From Oxalobacteraceae bacterium (lineage in GTDB: Bacteria; Pseudomonadota; Gammaproteobacteria; Burkholderiales; Burkholderiaceae_D): a DNA stretch of 64,000 nucleotides. A program made the translations under genes and the position numbers. The stretch is taken from positions 4,129-68,128 of the forward strand of contig CANGLD010000002.1 of the NCBI GenBank assembly GCA_947454475.1, read 5' to 3'. The notes under the pieces were generated by a model. That model had not been told where the DNA came from. It worked only from the letters and a program-made list of their open reading frames with translations, and made no database searches. Below are positions 11,538 through 23,518 of the stretch, piece by piece (the first letter of the stretch is position 1; every line of letters begins with the position of its first letter).

Positions 11538-13142
11538 ATGGCTAGACCTACATCTACATCTACATCTACACCTACACCTATTCACCCTTATCCAATACAA
11601 GAAAATCCAGAGCAATTATCTAACACTTCGAATTCTAGGCAATTCAACAATAATTCGATTTCTACCTCACAGAATCATGTAACTCCTCCCGCCTTACGAA
11701 TTATCACCAAAAATAAGGAATTAAAACTCTACAGATTTATTCAGCAAGGAGAAAATCAATACGGAAATTTAAAAAATAACTCTGACGAAGATAGCAGCAG
11801 TATTGTTGAACCCTCTTCATATTCAGTGAGCGAGGACAGTAGCAGTATTGTTGAACCCTCTTCGTATTCAATTGAAGAAGATAGCAGCAGCATTGTTGAA
11901 CCCTCATCTTATTCAGATGAAGAAAAATATTATGCATTGTTTCAACCAACTACAGAACCTATATTAACTTCCCGACCATCTGCAGTTCAGAAAAAAAACT
12001 TAGCTGCCCCCTACGAAGCACCTCTCATTAATTCCTTTAGACATATGCCTGAGGATGTCATCAGAAAAATCCTCTTTGAGCACTTGATTGATTTGAAAGA
12101 TATTCCGACAACAGCAAAAAATCTAATGCACTTTGCTAGTATCAGTAAATTTAATCGAGAATTCATACGTGAGTTATTGTCTGAAGAAGGGTTGCATGAA
12201 GTGTCGTTCGAAATCACTAAATCAGCGATACCGGATTTACTTGCTAGGCTAGCAGAAAATAAAAAAGCAAAATTCACAGAAGCAGATATTAATGATTTTG
12301 TATACCACTGGCCTTATCTTACATTTGATTGTTCATTGCAAAAAAACACAACATTTACAAACAGAGGTCTTGAGTTACTGAAAAAGATTGTGAGTCACCC
12401 TGGATTGAAGGCGATAAGAATCATTAATAATCTACCCAAAGAATGCATAAATCCAAGTAAGGATTTTCGGGTGTGTAATAAAAATGGACCAGAAATAATA
12501 TATGCACTGTTATCGAGAAAGAATACAGAACCATTAAAAGTTGATTTTATATTCAATAATTGGGTGCCGCCTATAAATTCCAGGGGGCAGTTAAAAGATA
12601 AATCGTTGGATCTGATAAATAAAATTCAAGATAGAGTAAATAATTGTGAAAATTTAAGCTTTGGCAAACTAGATTTGAGTAGAAGTACAAAGGCTTTCTA
12701 TGCAAAGAGAGTTTATGATCGTGATTCAATATCGCCGCAGCAAAAGAAGTATCGATTAAATTTTACAAAAATGATGTGCAATATTGCACTTTTTTATTCT
12801 GCGCACACAATTTCACTGAATGGATTAAGTTTTTCTGATGAACAGCTTTCGTTGATATTAAATGAAATTCAAAAATGTGATAAATCAACATTACAACATC
12901 TAGACTTAAGTGGAAATTCTATCGCGGATAATGCAATTAAAAGTCTTAGCAAATGGCTTCAGTCAGACACGGTTTGTATAAAAAATTTAAATTTAAAAAA
13001 TACGAATTTGGTTAAGGATGACTTAGACATCCTCTGCGATGCATTAAAAAATAATCATAGTTTGGAATTGATTGAAATCGGCGAAGTTTTTATGCCAGGA
13101 GATCACCCGATAAGAAAAGATTCAAGAGTAAAAATTACTTAA
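11538..13142 (+). CDS. F-box-like + RNI-type LRR protein, putative secreted effector (copy 1)
   Basis: Ser/Thr/Pro-rich N-terminus; F-box-like FRHMPEDVIRKIL...LMHFASISK; C-terminal LRRs LQHLDLSGNSI, IKNLNLKNTNL, ALKNNHSL. Confidence 0.75.
   Translation: MARPTSTSTSTPTPIHPYPIQENPEQLSNTSNSRQFNNNSISTSQNHVTPPALRIITKNKELKLYRFIQQGENQYGNLKNNSDEDSSSIVEPSSYSVSEDSSSIVEPSSYSIEEDSSSIVEPSSYSDEEKYYALFQPTTEPILTSRPSAVQKKNLAAPYEAPLINSFRHMPEDVIRKILFEHLIDLKDIPTTAKNLMHFASISKFNREFIRELLSEEGLHEVSFEITKSAIPDLLARLAENKKAKFTEADINDFVYHWPYLTFDCSLQKNTTFTNRGLELLKKIVSHPGLKAIRIINNLPKECINPSKDFRVCNKNGPEIIYALLSRKNTEPLKVDFIFNNWVPPINSRGQLKDKSLDLINKIQDRVNNCENLSFGKLDLSRSTKAFYAKRVYDRDSISPQQKKYRLNFTKMMCNIALFYSAHTISLNGLSFSDEQLSLILNEIQKCDKSTLQHLDLSGNSIADNAIKSLSKWLQSDTVCIKNLNLKNTNLVKDDLDILCDALKNNHSLELIEIGEVFMPGDHPIRKDSRVKIT
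11548..11580 (+). repeat. In-frame hexamer repeat CTACA(T/C) encoding TSTSTSTPTP
   Basis: ctacat x3 then ctacac x2. Confidence 0.85.
11787..11921 (+). repeat. 45-bp in-frame tandem repeat x3 encoding EDSSSIVEPSSYSxx
   Basis: Three near-identical units visible in both DNA and protein. Confidence 0.92.
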
Positions 13143-13193
13143 GTCGGATCGCCAAGATTTAGTACTCAGCATGTTGCTTAGACTATAAACACT

Positions 13194-13217
13194 CCGCCCT
13201 CTAAGGGCGGTTTTTTT
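13194..13217 (+). terminator. Rho-independent terminator of copy 1
   Basis: CCGCCCT-CTA-AGGGCGG-T7. Confidence 0.9.
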
Positions 13218-13319
13218 ATTCTTAATCGATAGCCGGTCTCGTGAAGATACTTATGACGAAATCACTGTCTATCGCACATCGTTTTATAGCGAACGTATTT
13301 AAATAAATAGATGAACGAT

Positions 13320-13347
13320 GAAACTGAATGTGGGAATGCTCAACTCA
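13320..13347 (+). promoter_or_regulatory. Putative ECF/HrpL-like promoter of copy 2
   Basis: GAAACT-N15-CAACTCA; boxes identical to copy 1 while the spacer differs. Confidence 0.45.
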
Positions 13348-13450
13348 ATTGCCTACAAAAAGCGCTTACCTTAACGAAATCTCAATCAAGACTGGAATTT
13401 TTGTTGGCAAGCTTTGATGAACTATTGAATTGGAGTATTAAAAATATACT

Positions 13451-14989
13451 ATGGCTAGATCTACACCTAAAGCTGCACCTATTCACCCTTATGCAAGACA
13501 AGGAAATCAAGAGCAATTATCTAACACATCGAATTTTATAAATTTCAACAATAATTCAACAACTTCTTCACATAATCATTCAGCTCGCCCTACTTTGAGT
13601 ATCAATCCAAGAAATTATGAAGACAAAAAATATCCTTCTATTCAATGGAAGGAAGATAAAAATAAAAGATCGATAAATAAATTTGAAGAAGACAGTAGCA
13701 GTATCGTTGAATCGTCTTCTGGTTCAGATGAGCAGGGGAGAAGTGAAGAAATTCATACAGCTTCAGAACCTACGTTGAGCTCACGTCCATCTTCAATACA
13801 GAAAACGAATGTTGCCATTAACTGCGAAGCACCTCTCATTAATTCCTTTAGACATATGCCTGAGGATGTCATCAGAAAAATCCTCCTTGATCACATCATT
13901 GATTTAAATGATATTCCAACAAGAGCAAAAAACCTGATGCATTTCGCTAGCATTAGTAAATTTAATCGTGAATTTGTGCGTAATTTATTGACTGAAGAAG
14001 TGCTGCGTGAAGTGTCGTTCGAAATCACTAAATCAGCGATACCGGATTTACTTGCTAGGCTAGCAGAAAATAAAAAAGCAAAATTCACAGAAGCAGATAT
14101 TAATGATTTTGTATACCACTGGCCTTATCTTACATTTGATTGTTCATACCAAGAGGAAAAAAATAAAAAGGGAGATCTTGAAGACATAAAATTTACAAAA
14201 AGGGGTCTTAAATTAATGAACAAGATCGTCTGTCACCCAAACTTGAGGGAATTAAGAGTTATAAGCAAACAAACGGAAGAATGTGACATGAGTGAAAGTA
14301 TACGAGTCCGTAATAACAATGGCTTAGTATTAATATATTCACTATTGTCGAGAGAAAGTCCGGACCCGTTAATGGTTGATTTTATATTCAATAATTGGGT
14401 GCCGCCTTTTACTTCTAAATTTAGGGATAAAAATGGATTTTTGGATCTGATAAAAAAAACTCAAGATAGAGCAGATAGTTGTAACAGCATTAGATTTGGT
14501 GAAATAGATTTAAGCAGAGGCGTAGACGCGAATTTTTTTGCTGATATTCGCAAACTTGATCACAAGACTCCGCAGCAAAAGAAGTTTCGATTTAATTTTG
14601 TAAAAATGATATGCAATATTGCCCTATCACATTTCGCACACACGATTTCTCTAAGGGGTTTATTTTTTTCAGATGAGCGACTTGCGTTGCTACTTAATGA
14701 AATTCAGCTTTGTGATAAATCATCTTTGCAGCATCTAGATTTAAGAGGTAATTATATTAAAGAAGATGCTTTTCAGAGTCTTATTGAGTTATTGAAATCA
14801 GAGAATATTTGTTTGAAGACTATAAAGTTAAGTTATGCGGGCATGCCTAAGGATAAAATTACAATTCTTGCTGATGCATTAAAAAATAATTTTACTTTGG
14901 AATTAGTTGAAATCTATGCTGGTGAAAACCCAATAAATCTTCCGGCAATAAATGATGAAAGAATTAAAATCATTAAAAAGCTTATTTGA
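13451..14989 (+). CDS. F-box-like + LRR protein, putative effector (copy 2)
   Basis: Paralog of 11538: same F-box-like segment, NNWVPP, MCNIAL-like, LQHLDLRGN. Confidence 0.75.
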   Translation: MARSTPKAAPIHPYARQGNQEQLSNTSNFINFNNNSTTSSHNHSARPTLSINPRNYEDKKYPSIQWKEDKNKRSINKFEEDSSSIVESSSGSDEQGRSEEIHTASEPTLSSRPSSIQKTNVAINCEAPLINSFRHMPEDVIRKILLDHIIDLNDIPTRAKNLMHFASISKFNREFVRNLLTEEVLREVSFEITKSAIPDLLARLAENKKAKFTEADINDFVYHWPYLTFDCSYQEEKNKKGDLEDIKFTKRGLKLMNKIVCHPNLRELRVISKQTEECDMSESIRVRNNNGLVLIYSLLSRESPDPLMVDFIFNNWVPPFTSKFRDKNGFLDLIKKTQDRADSCNSIRFGEIDLSRGVDANFFADIRKLDHKTPQQKKFRFNFVKMICNIALSHFAHTISLRGLFFSDERLALLLNEIQLCDKSSLQHLDLRGNYIKEDAFQSLIELLKSENICLKTIKLSYAGMPKDKITILADALKNNFTLELVEIYAGENPINLPAINDERIKIIKKLI

Positions 14990-15026
14990 TCATATTTGAA
15001 ATTTAACAAATTTTTCTATAAACACT

Positions 15027-15050
15027 CCGCCCTCTCAGGGCGGTTTTTTT
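15027..15050 (+). terminator. Rho-independent terminator of copy 2
   Basis: CCGCCCT-CTC-AGGGCGG-T7. Confidence 0.9.
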
Positions 15051-15281
15051 ATTCTTAATAGATTTTTTTCTCTAAAGCTATTCAATGGCAAGGTGATTGG
15101 CTGTCATACACATTATGCAGTTAATTTTTCTAAAAAAATAATAAGACCATAAAAATCATATTTGATAATACGCAACTCGGTTACCTGCAATCTGCACTTG
15201 CGTTGATGAAATCTCAATTCCACATAGATATTTTGTTGGTAAGCTTCTATGAACATTTGATTAGGAATATCAGAATATTTT

Positions 15282-16769
15282 ATGGCTAGACCTACCTGCT
15301 CTATTGGTGCACCAAAACATGTAGAGCAAAATCTAAACAAATTAGATGCAAGTGGAAGCAATAAAAATCTAACTTCAATTTCACAGAATCAAATTACGCC
15401 GCCAAGCTACCGAAATATTACTAAAAAAAATGAAGTAATCATCTACTCTTCTATTCAATGGAAAGAAGATAAATATAGAGCTGAAGAAGACAGCAGCAAT
15501 ATTGTCGAATCGTCTTCATTCTCCAGTGAGGAGGCAAATGGCGAACTCAACCATTCTGATTTAGAGACTACATTAAATCTGAAACCAGCTTCTACTCAGA
15601 AAGGGAATAGGCGACCGCTTTCTAATGTGTTTTCTATTCGTTTTTTTGAAAACATGCCACTTGATGTCATCAAAAAAATTCTTATTGGGGATGACATTAA
15701 TTTTAATAATATTTCGAAAGTAGCAAAAAATATGATGGCTTTCGCAGCTATCAGTAAATTTAATCGGGAATGTGTACGGAATTTATTGACAGAAGTTGGC
15801 TTGCATGAAGTCTCATTTGAAATAACAAAATCAGTAATACCAAAGTCTCTAACCAAGTTAGTAAACGATAAAAAAGAAAAAGTTATCCATGCTGATATCG
15901 ATAGCTTAGTACACGATTGGCCTTATATGACTTTGGATTGTTCATATAAAAGATATACATTTACAAATAAGGCTGTTGATGCACTTAAACAGATCGTGCA
16001 TCACCCTGAATTGAAAAAGATAAGAATCGTTAATAATCTACCGGAAAAAATCTCTGAGTGGAATGAGACAACGATAGTCTGTAACAGAAACGGACCTGAA
16101 TTAATCTACGAACTATTATCTAGAAAAACATTAGATCCAGTAGAAATAGATTTTACCTACAATAATTGGGTGCCCTCTCTATACTCAAAGGCTAAATTAA
16201 ATGACAAATCCTTTGATCTAATAAAAAAAATTCAAGATATAGCAGATAAATGCGACAGTGTGTCCTTCGGTGAAATAATTTTGAGTAGAAATTATAGTTC
16301 TAGTTCAAGTTTGTTTGGTTCGCATCAAGATTCAAGGTCATTTCGTAATCGTAAGTATCAATTTAAGTTTGTAAAAGTGATGTGCAATATCGCACTATCG
16401 CATTCTGTACATACAATTTCATTGGAAGGCTTGAATTTTTCTGATGAAGAAATCGGATTAATAATTAATGAAATTCGAGAATGTGACAATGCATCCCTAC
16501 AACATCTAAATCTAAGTGAAAATCACATTAATGAACATGGAGTAAAAAGTATTAGTGCATGGCTGCAATCAGATATGACTTGTATCAAGACATTAAATTT
16601 AAATAATACAAATATGCATAATAATGAATTATCTATTATTTACGAGGCATTAAAAAATAATCATAGTTTAGAAGTAGTTGAAATAAAAACCATGTCTAAT
16701 TTGCCAGATGATCATCCAATAAGAGAAGATAAGAGAGTGAAAATCTCGGGCTTTTTTCATTGGATTTGA
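15282..16769 (+). CDS. F-box-like + LRR protein, putative effector (copy 3)
   Basis: FENMPLDVIKKIL, HEVSFEITKS, LQHLNLSENHI, ALKNNHSL. Confidence 0.75.
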   Translation: MARPTCSIGAPKHVEQNLNKLDASGSNKNLTSISQNQITPPSYRNITKKNEVIIYSSIQWKEDKYRAEEDSSNIVESSSFSSEEANGELNHSDLETTLNLKPASTQKGNRRPLSNVFSIRFFENMPLDVIKKILIGDDINFNNISKVAKNMMAFAAISKFNRECVRNLLTEVGLHEVSFEITKSVIPKSLTKLVNDKKEKVIHADIDSLVHDWPYMTLDCSYKRYTFTNKAVDALKQIVHHPELKKIRIVNNLPEKISEWNETTIVCNRNGPELIYELLSRKTLDPVEIDFTYNNWVPSLYSKAKLNDKSFDLIKKIQDIADKCDSVSFGEIILSRNYSSSSSLFGSHQDSRSFRNRKYQFKFVKVMCNIALSHSVHTISLEGLNFSDEEIGLIINEIRECDNASLQHLNLSENHINEHGVKSISAWLQSDMTCIKTLNLNNTNMHNNELSIIYEALKNNHSLEVVEIKTMSNLPDDHPIREDKRVKISGFFHWI

Positions 16770-16799
16770 TACATAAAATCCTTTAAATCAACAAACATT

Positions 16800-16823
16800 C
16801 CGCCCTCTTAGGGCGGTTTTTTT
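16800..16823 (+). terminator. Rho-independent terminator of copy 3
   Basis: CCGCCCT-CTT-AGGGCGG-T7. Confidence 0.9.
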
Positions 16824-16925
16824 ATTCTTAACCGATAGCCGGTCTCGTGAAGATACTTATGACGAAATCACTGTCTATCGCACATCGTTTTATAGCGAAC
16901 GCTTTTAAATAAATAAGTGAACTAT

Positions 16926-16953
16926 GAAACTGAATTTGATAATACGCAACTCA
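16926..16953 (+). promoter_or_regulatory. Putative ECF/HrpL-like promoter of copy 4
   Basis: GAAACT-N15-CAACTCA. Confidence 0.45.
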
Positions 16954-17055
16954 ATTGCCGGCAATAAGCGCTTGCCTTAGAAAAATCTCAATCAAGTCTC
17001 GATATTTGGTTGGCAGGCTTAGATAAACAATTGAATGGAGTTTTAAAAATACATT

Positions 17056-18585
17056 ATGGATAGACTCGCGCACTCAACTGTAAAACCAAAACACTTAGAG
17101 CAAAATCTAAACAGCTCAGATGGTGACACTGGCAGCAATAAACCAACTTCCACTTCCCAGAATAAAACAACTCCACCCACTTTAAGAAACGTTGTAGAAA
17201 TAAACGGAAGAATAATCTATCCATCCATTCAATTAAACGAACATAAGAATTCAATAATTGGACATGATGATGACAGTAGTATTGTTGAGTCCTCTGGTTC
17301 AGATGATGAGGGCAGTAGTAGCATTGTTGAATCGTCTTCGTCTTCAGATGAAGACGATAATGGTAAATTCAAAAAACCCACCTCCGAAATCACCATAAGA
17401 TCGCGTCCGTCTTCGACGCAAAAAAAGAATAGTGTTACAGCCTTTGAAGTGCAATCTACTTCATTCTTTGAGCACATGCCTAAAGAAGTAATCAGAAAAA
17501 TCTTACTTGAACATGTTGTTGATTTAAATCATATTCATGTAACAGCAAAAAATCTGATGAACTTTGCAAACATCAGTAAATTTAATCGTGAATTTGTATG
17601 GCAGTTGTTGACGGAAGAAGGGATGCATGAAGTTTCATTCGAAATCACTAAGTCAGTTATACCAAATTTACTATCTACGCTAGCAAACGATATAAATGCA
17701 GAATTCAGTCAAGAAGATATTGATCGTTTAGTAGGCAACTATCCTTATCTCACTTTTGATTCTTCATACGAAAAAAACAAAAAAAATTTCACAATTAAAG
17801 GTAATGAAGCGCTTAAGCAGATCGTAAGTCTCTCTGGTTTGAAGGGATTAAGAGTCGTTAATATTTTGCCAGTTAAGATCTTAGATTGGAATGAGGATTA
17901 TCAAGCGTTTAATAACAAAGGCCTAGAGCTAATACATTCACTTTTTTCGAGAGGTAGTTCAGACCAAATAAAAATTGATTTGATGTTAAATAATTGGGTA
18001 CCACCTTTTAACTCCATCGGTAACTTAAATGATAAATCCTTTGAATTGTTAAAGGAAATTAAAGATGGTGCAGATAGATGCGATAGCATAACCTTAGGTG
18101 AAATAAATTTAAGTAGAATTGTAATTGATCGTAAAGGCTTTTATTTTATAAAAAACTATCTAAGTTCAATTACTAGTCGAGATTATCAATTTAAGTTCGT
18201 AAAAATAATGTGCAATATCGCACTCACGCATTCTGCTCACACAATCTCACTTGCAGGACTGCAATTATCAGATCAAGAACTTGGTTTGATAATTAATGAA
18301 ATTCAGGTTTGTGACAAGTCCTCCTTACAGCATCTTGATTTGAGTGGAAATAACCTATATAAAGGCGCTCTTAAAATTCTTAGTAAATGGCTTCAATCAG
18401 ACAATACTTGCATCAAGACTTTAAATTTAGATAATACGAATTTGACTGAAGATAAAATAGATCTTCTTTGGGAGGCATTAAAAAATAATCATAGTTTGGA
18501 AGCGGTTTATATAAAAGACCGTAGTATTGGGGCTGATCACCCGATAAGAAATGATGAAAGAGTGAGACTCATTGAAAACTTTTAG
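17056..18585 (+). CDS. F-box-like + LRR protein, putative effector (copy 4)
   Basis: FEHMPKEVIRKIL, LQHLDLSGNNL, IKTLNLDNTNL; two SSIVESS motifs. Confidence 0.75.
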   Translation: MDRLAHSTVKPKHLEQNLNSSDGDTGSNKPTSTSQNKTTPPTLRNVVEINGRIIYPSIQLNEHKNSIIGHDDDSSIVESSGSDDEGSSSIVESSSSSDEDDNGKFKKPTSEITIRSRPSSTQKKNSVTAFEVQSTSFFEHMPKEVIRKILLEHVVDLNHIHVTAKNLMNFANISKFNREFVWQLLTEEGMHEVSFEITKSVIPNLLSTLANDINAEFSQEDIDRLVGNYPYLTFDSSYEKNKKNFTIKGNEALKQIVSLSGLKGLRVVNILPVKILDWNEDYQAFNNKGLELIHSLFSRGSSDQIKIDLMLNNWVPPFNSIGNLNDKSFELLKEIKDGADRCDSITLGEINLSRIVIDRKGFYFIKNYLSSITSRDYQFKFVKIMCNIALTHSAHTISLAGLQLSDQELGLIINEIQVCDKSSLQHLDLSGNNLYKGALKILSKWLQSDNTCIKTLNLDNTNLTEDKIDLLWEALKNNHSLEAVYIKDRSIGADHPIRNDERVRLIENF

Positions 18586-18629
18586 GAAAATAATTTAGTA
18601 CTCCACCAATTTCTTGACTATCAAACATT

Positions 18630-18653
18630 CCGCCCTCTTAGGGCGGTTTTTTT
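18630..18653 (+). terminator. Rho-independent terminator of copy 4
   Basis: CCGCCCT-CTT-AGGGCGG-T7. Confidence 0.9.
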
Positions 18654-18729
18654 ATTCTCAACGTATTGCTTTTCTTGTAAAGCTACTGGGTTATCATGTT
18701 GTGCGATAATCTATTAGCAGTCAATTTTA

Positions 18730-20789
<2,060 letters not shown>

Positions 20790-20790
<1 letters not shown>

Positions 20791-20993
20791 TGATTGCCAT
20801 CGAACTCAATGGGCAGCCACATGAAGTGGCACCACACCACAATGTACAAGACTTAATTGATGCACTGTCACTGACCAATCAAGCATTGGCAGTGGCAGTG
20901 GATAGATCTGTAGTGCCGCGTTCTAAATGGACGGAGGTGAGATTTGTTGGTGGTGAAAAAGTTGATATCGTCAAAGCCATAGGTGGCGGTTGA
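20790..20993 (+). CDS. thiS: Sulfur carrier protein ThiS
   Basis: Small protein ending GG, inside the thi operon. Confidence 0.93.
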
Positions 20994-21026
20994 TATTTAC
21001 AAATAAAAAAAGCACAAGGAAGAAGT

Positions 21027-21827
21027 ATGCAGCGCAATGAGAACACAGCGAGTGAAGGTCTCACCATAGCGGGAATCACTTATCGTTCACGTTTATTAGT
21101 GGGTAGTGGTAAATACAAAGATCTAGATGAAACACGCTTAGCAACCGAGGCAAGTGGTGCCAATATTATTACCGTTGCGATTCGTCGTGTGAACATAGGT
21201 CAGGATCCGAATGCACCGAACTTGTTAGATGCAGTGCCACCTTCCAAATACACTATCCTGCCTAACACAGCAGGTTGTTATAACGCTAAAGATGCTGTCT
21301 ATACCTTGCAACTCGCGCGTGAATTATTAAACGGTCATAAACTGGTTAAATTAGAAGTATTGGGAGATGAAAAAACATTGTTTCCGAATATGCCAGAAAC
21401 ATTAAAAGCAGCAGAAACTTTAGTGCAAGATGGTTTTGATGTGATGGTGTATTGCAGTGATGATCCTATACAAGCCAAGATGTTAGAAGAGATAGGTTGT
21501 TGTGCAGTCATGCCACTTGCTTCCTTAATTGGATCAGGCATGGGTATTTTAAATCCATGGAATCTTTCACTCATAATTGATCAAGCCAAAGTACCGGTGC
21601 TAGTTGATGCAGGAGTAGGCACTGCATCCGACGCGGCAATAGCGATGGAATTGGGTTGTGATGGTGTGTTAATGAATACAGCGATTGCAGGTGCAAAGGA
21701 TCCTATCCGTATGGCACATGCCATGAAGTTAGCGATAGAAGCAGGACGTGAAGCATTTTTAGCAGGTCGCATACCAAGAAAATTTGCAGCATCACCCTCT
21801 TCACCTATGGCCGGTCGCGTTGCATGA
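21027..21827 (+). CDS. thiG: Thiazole synthase
   Basis: LPNTAGC, VKLEV, VDAGVG. Confidence 0.97.
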   Translation: MQRNENTASEGLTIAGITYRSRLLVGSGKYKDLDETRLATEASGANIITVAIRRVNIGQDPNAPNLLDAVPPSKYTILPNTAGCYNAKDAVYTLQLARELLNGHKLVKLEVLGDEKTLFPNMPETLKAAETLVQDGFDVMVYCSDDPIQAKMLEEIGCCAVMPLASLIGSGMGILNPWNLSLIIDQAKVPVLVDAGVGTASDAAIAMELGCDGVLMNTAIAGAKDPIRMAHAMKLAIEAGREAFLAGRIPRKFAASPSSPMAGRVA

Positions 21828-22645
21828 CGCTTCACATTACTCGTCCCTGTGTATTAGTGTTTGCAGGGCTTGATCCTAGTGGTGGTGCAGGCATACAAGC
21901 AGATAGTCAGGCAATCGCTGCGATGGGTGCGCATGCCTTACCTATTGTCACCACACTCACTGTGCAAGACAACGATCGCGTTTATGGCATTACTCCTGTT
22001 GATCAACACATCGTGCAGCAACAGATAGAAGTGTTGATAAAAAAAATTAATATCGCGGCGATTAAAATTGGTATTGTAGGTAGCGCTGTGATTGCGCAGC
22101 GAATAGCAGCCTGCATTCATTCATTAAGACAGAACAATCCGCAACTGCCTGTCGTGCTTGATCCCGTATTGGCAAGCGGACATGGTGATGATTTAACGCG
22201 TGAGGATGCAATTCAAATCATTGCGCCTCTCAGAAAACTCGCCACCCTCATCACACCCAATACATTAGAAGCGCATAAGCTCACACATCAACTCACAGAA
22301 CAACACACAGCAGACATACAAACAATTGAGCAGCAAGCAAATTTGCTCATGCAAGACACACCGCATGTGTTTATCAAAGGTGGTCATGCACAAGATGCGA
22401 GTGTGATTAATCGTTGGTTTAGTCAAGATCAGCAGCGCAGTTGGTCATGGACTAGGCTGCAAGGCGAATTCCATGGATCAGGTTGCACGCTCGCTTCAGC
22501 CATTGCTGCAGGCTTAGCTCAAGGCTGGAGTATGGAAATGTCGTTAGATAAGGCGCAGACTTATACACAGCAAGCCTTGGAATCTGCCTTTGCGATAGCA
22601 GCAGGTCAGTTCATTCCTCAGCGTTTATCATCGGAGCAGAAATGA
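21824..22645 (+). CDS. thiD: Hydroxymethylpyrimidine/phosphomethylpyrimidine kinase
   Basis: [23 protein letters not shown]. Confidence 0.92.
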   Translation: MTLHITRPCVLVFAGLDPSGGAGIQADSQAIAAMGAHALPIVTTLTVQDNDRVYGITPVDQHIVQQQIEVLIKKINIAAIKIGIVGSAVIAQRIAACIHSLRQNNPQLPVVLDPVLASGHGDDLTREDAIQIIAPLRKLATLITPNTLEAHKLTHQLTEQHTADIQTIEQQANLLMQDTPHVFIKGGHAQDASVINRWFSQDQQRSWSWTRLQGEFHGSGCTLASAIAAGLAQGWSMEMSLDKAQTYTQQALESAFAIAAGQFIPQRLSSEQK

Positions 22646-23250
22646 AGGGCTTATATCTCGTCACACCCGATTGGGATGATACAGAAGCATTAATCAAAGC
22701 AACGGAGATTGCGTTGTCAGCAGGTGTGGGATTGCTGCAGTACCGACATAAAACAGCAACTGGGGAGCTACGCTTAGAGCAAGCCGGTGCATTATTAAAA
22801 TTATGTAGGCAACATAATGTGCCCTTCATCGTGAATGATCATATTGATTTATGTATAGAGCTAGATGCAGACGGCATACACGTAGGTGGAACTGATGCAT
22901 CGGTAGCAGTTGTACGTACATTAATAGGCAAAGATAAAATACTTGGTGCATCTTGTTACGGTGATTTTGCTTTGGCTGAGCAAGCACAAATTGCTGGAGC
23001 AAGTTATGTAGCCTTTGGTGGATTTTATCCATCGCGTGTAAAGAAATATGAAGTCAGCACACCTGCTTCTATCGTAAGCAAAGCTAAATCTGAATTAACT
23101 TTGCCAGTCTGCGTGATTGGTGGCATGACACCAGAAAACGCCAAGCCTTTAGTTCAAGAAGGTGCCGATATGGTGGCAGCAATTAGTAGTGTTTACAGTG
23201 CAGAAGACATTGCGACTGCAGTCAGAGATTTTGCAGCGCTTTTCAAATAG
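22642..23250 (+). CDS. thiE: Thiamine phosphate synthase
   Basis: LYLVTP, QYRxK, IVND, IGG. Confidence 0.93.
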   Translation: MKGLYLVTPDWDDTEALIKATEIALSAGVGLLQYRHKTATGELRLEQAGALLKLCRQHNVPFIVNDHIDLCIELDADGIHVGGTDASVAVVRTLIGKDKILGASCYGDFALAEQAQIAGASYVAFGGFYPSRVKKYEVSTPASIVSKAKSELTLPVCVIGGMTPENAKPLVQEGADMVAAISSVYSAEDIATAVRDFAALFK

Positions 23251-23441
23251 TCTGAATCAGTCAATTTTTAAATCATTCACTTTTTCTTCATCCTATTTTT
23301 GAAACTAAGCATTCAAAAGTAGCGACCTACTTTTCTATCCCCTAAAAAATATCTGGATCATTTGTTCGATAAGAGATCTAGCAATATCTCTATTCTTTTG
23401 ATGATAGTAATTTAACGCGCGAATATTTCTAAATTGAATGA

Positions 23442-23469
23442 GGAACTAGCAACTGTTTGAGGATACTTA
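23442..23469 (+). promoter_or_regulatory. Putative ECF/HrpL-like promoter of the islet 2 operon
   Basis: GGAACT-N15-ATACTTA about 50 bp upstream of ATG 23519. Confidence 0.45.
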
Positions 23470-23518
23470 AAGCGCAGTTTAAAAAATTAATTTACTGCGA
23501 TCTTTATCTTTCAAGCAC

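Larger units (their letters stand above)
13194..13450 (+). repeat. Intergenic spacer (terminator + promoter + leader), highly similar to 16800-17055
   Basis: Shared string gatagccggtctcgtgaagatacttatgacgaaatcactgtctatcgcacatcgttttatagcgaacg plus similar flanks. Confidence 0.9.

Noticed and set aside
11437-13541. Short similar ORFs 11437-11682 and 13311-13541 overlapping the starts of the LRR genes, as possible leader peptides
   Set aside because: They are alternate-frame translations of the duplicated leader and N-terminus, with different starts and lengths and no RBS. The LHLHLH and RCRCRC runs come from the hexamer repeat.
11538-18585. Paralog array as a diversity-generating retroelement, integron or shufflon
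   Set aside because: There is no reverse transcriptase, integrase or invertase in the window. Differences are not adenine-specific. The repeated hairpin is a plain T-tailed terminator, not an attC site.
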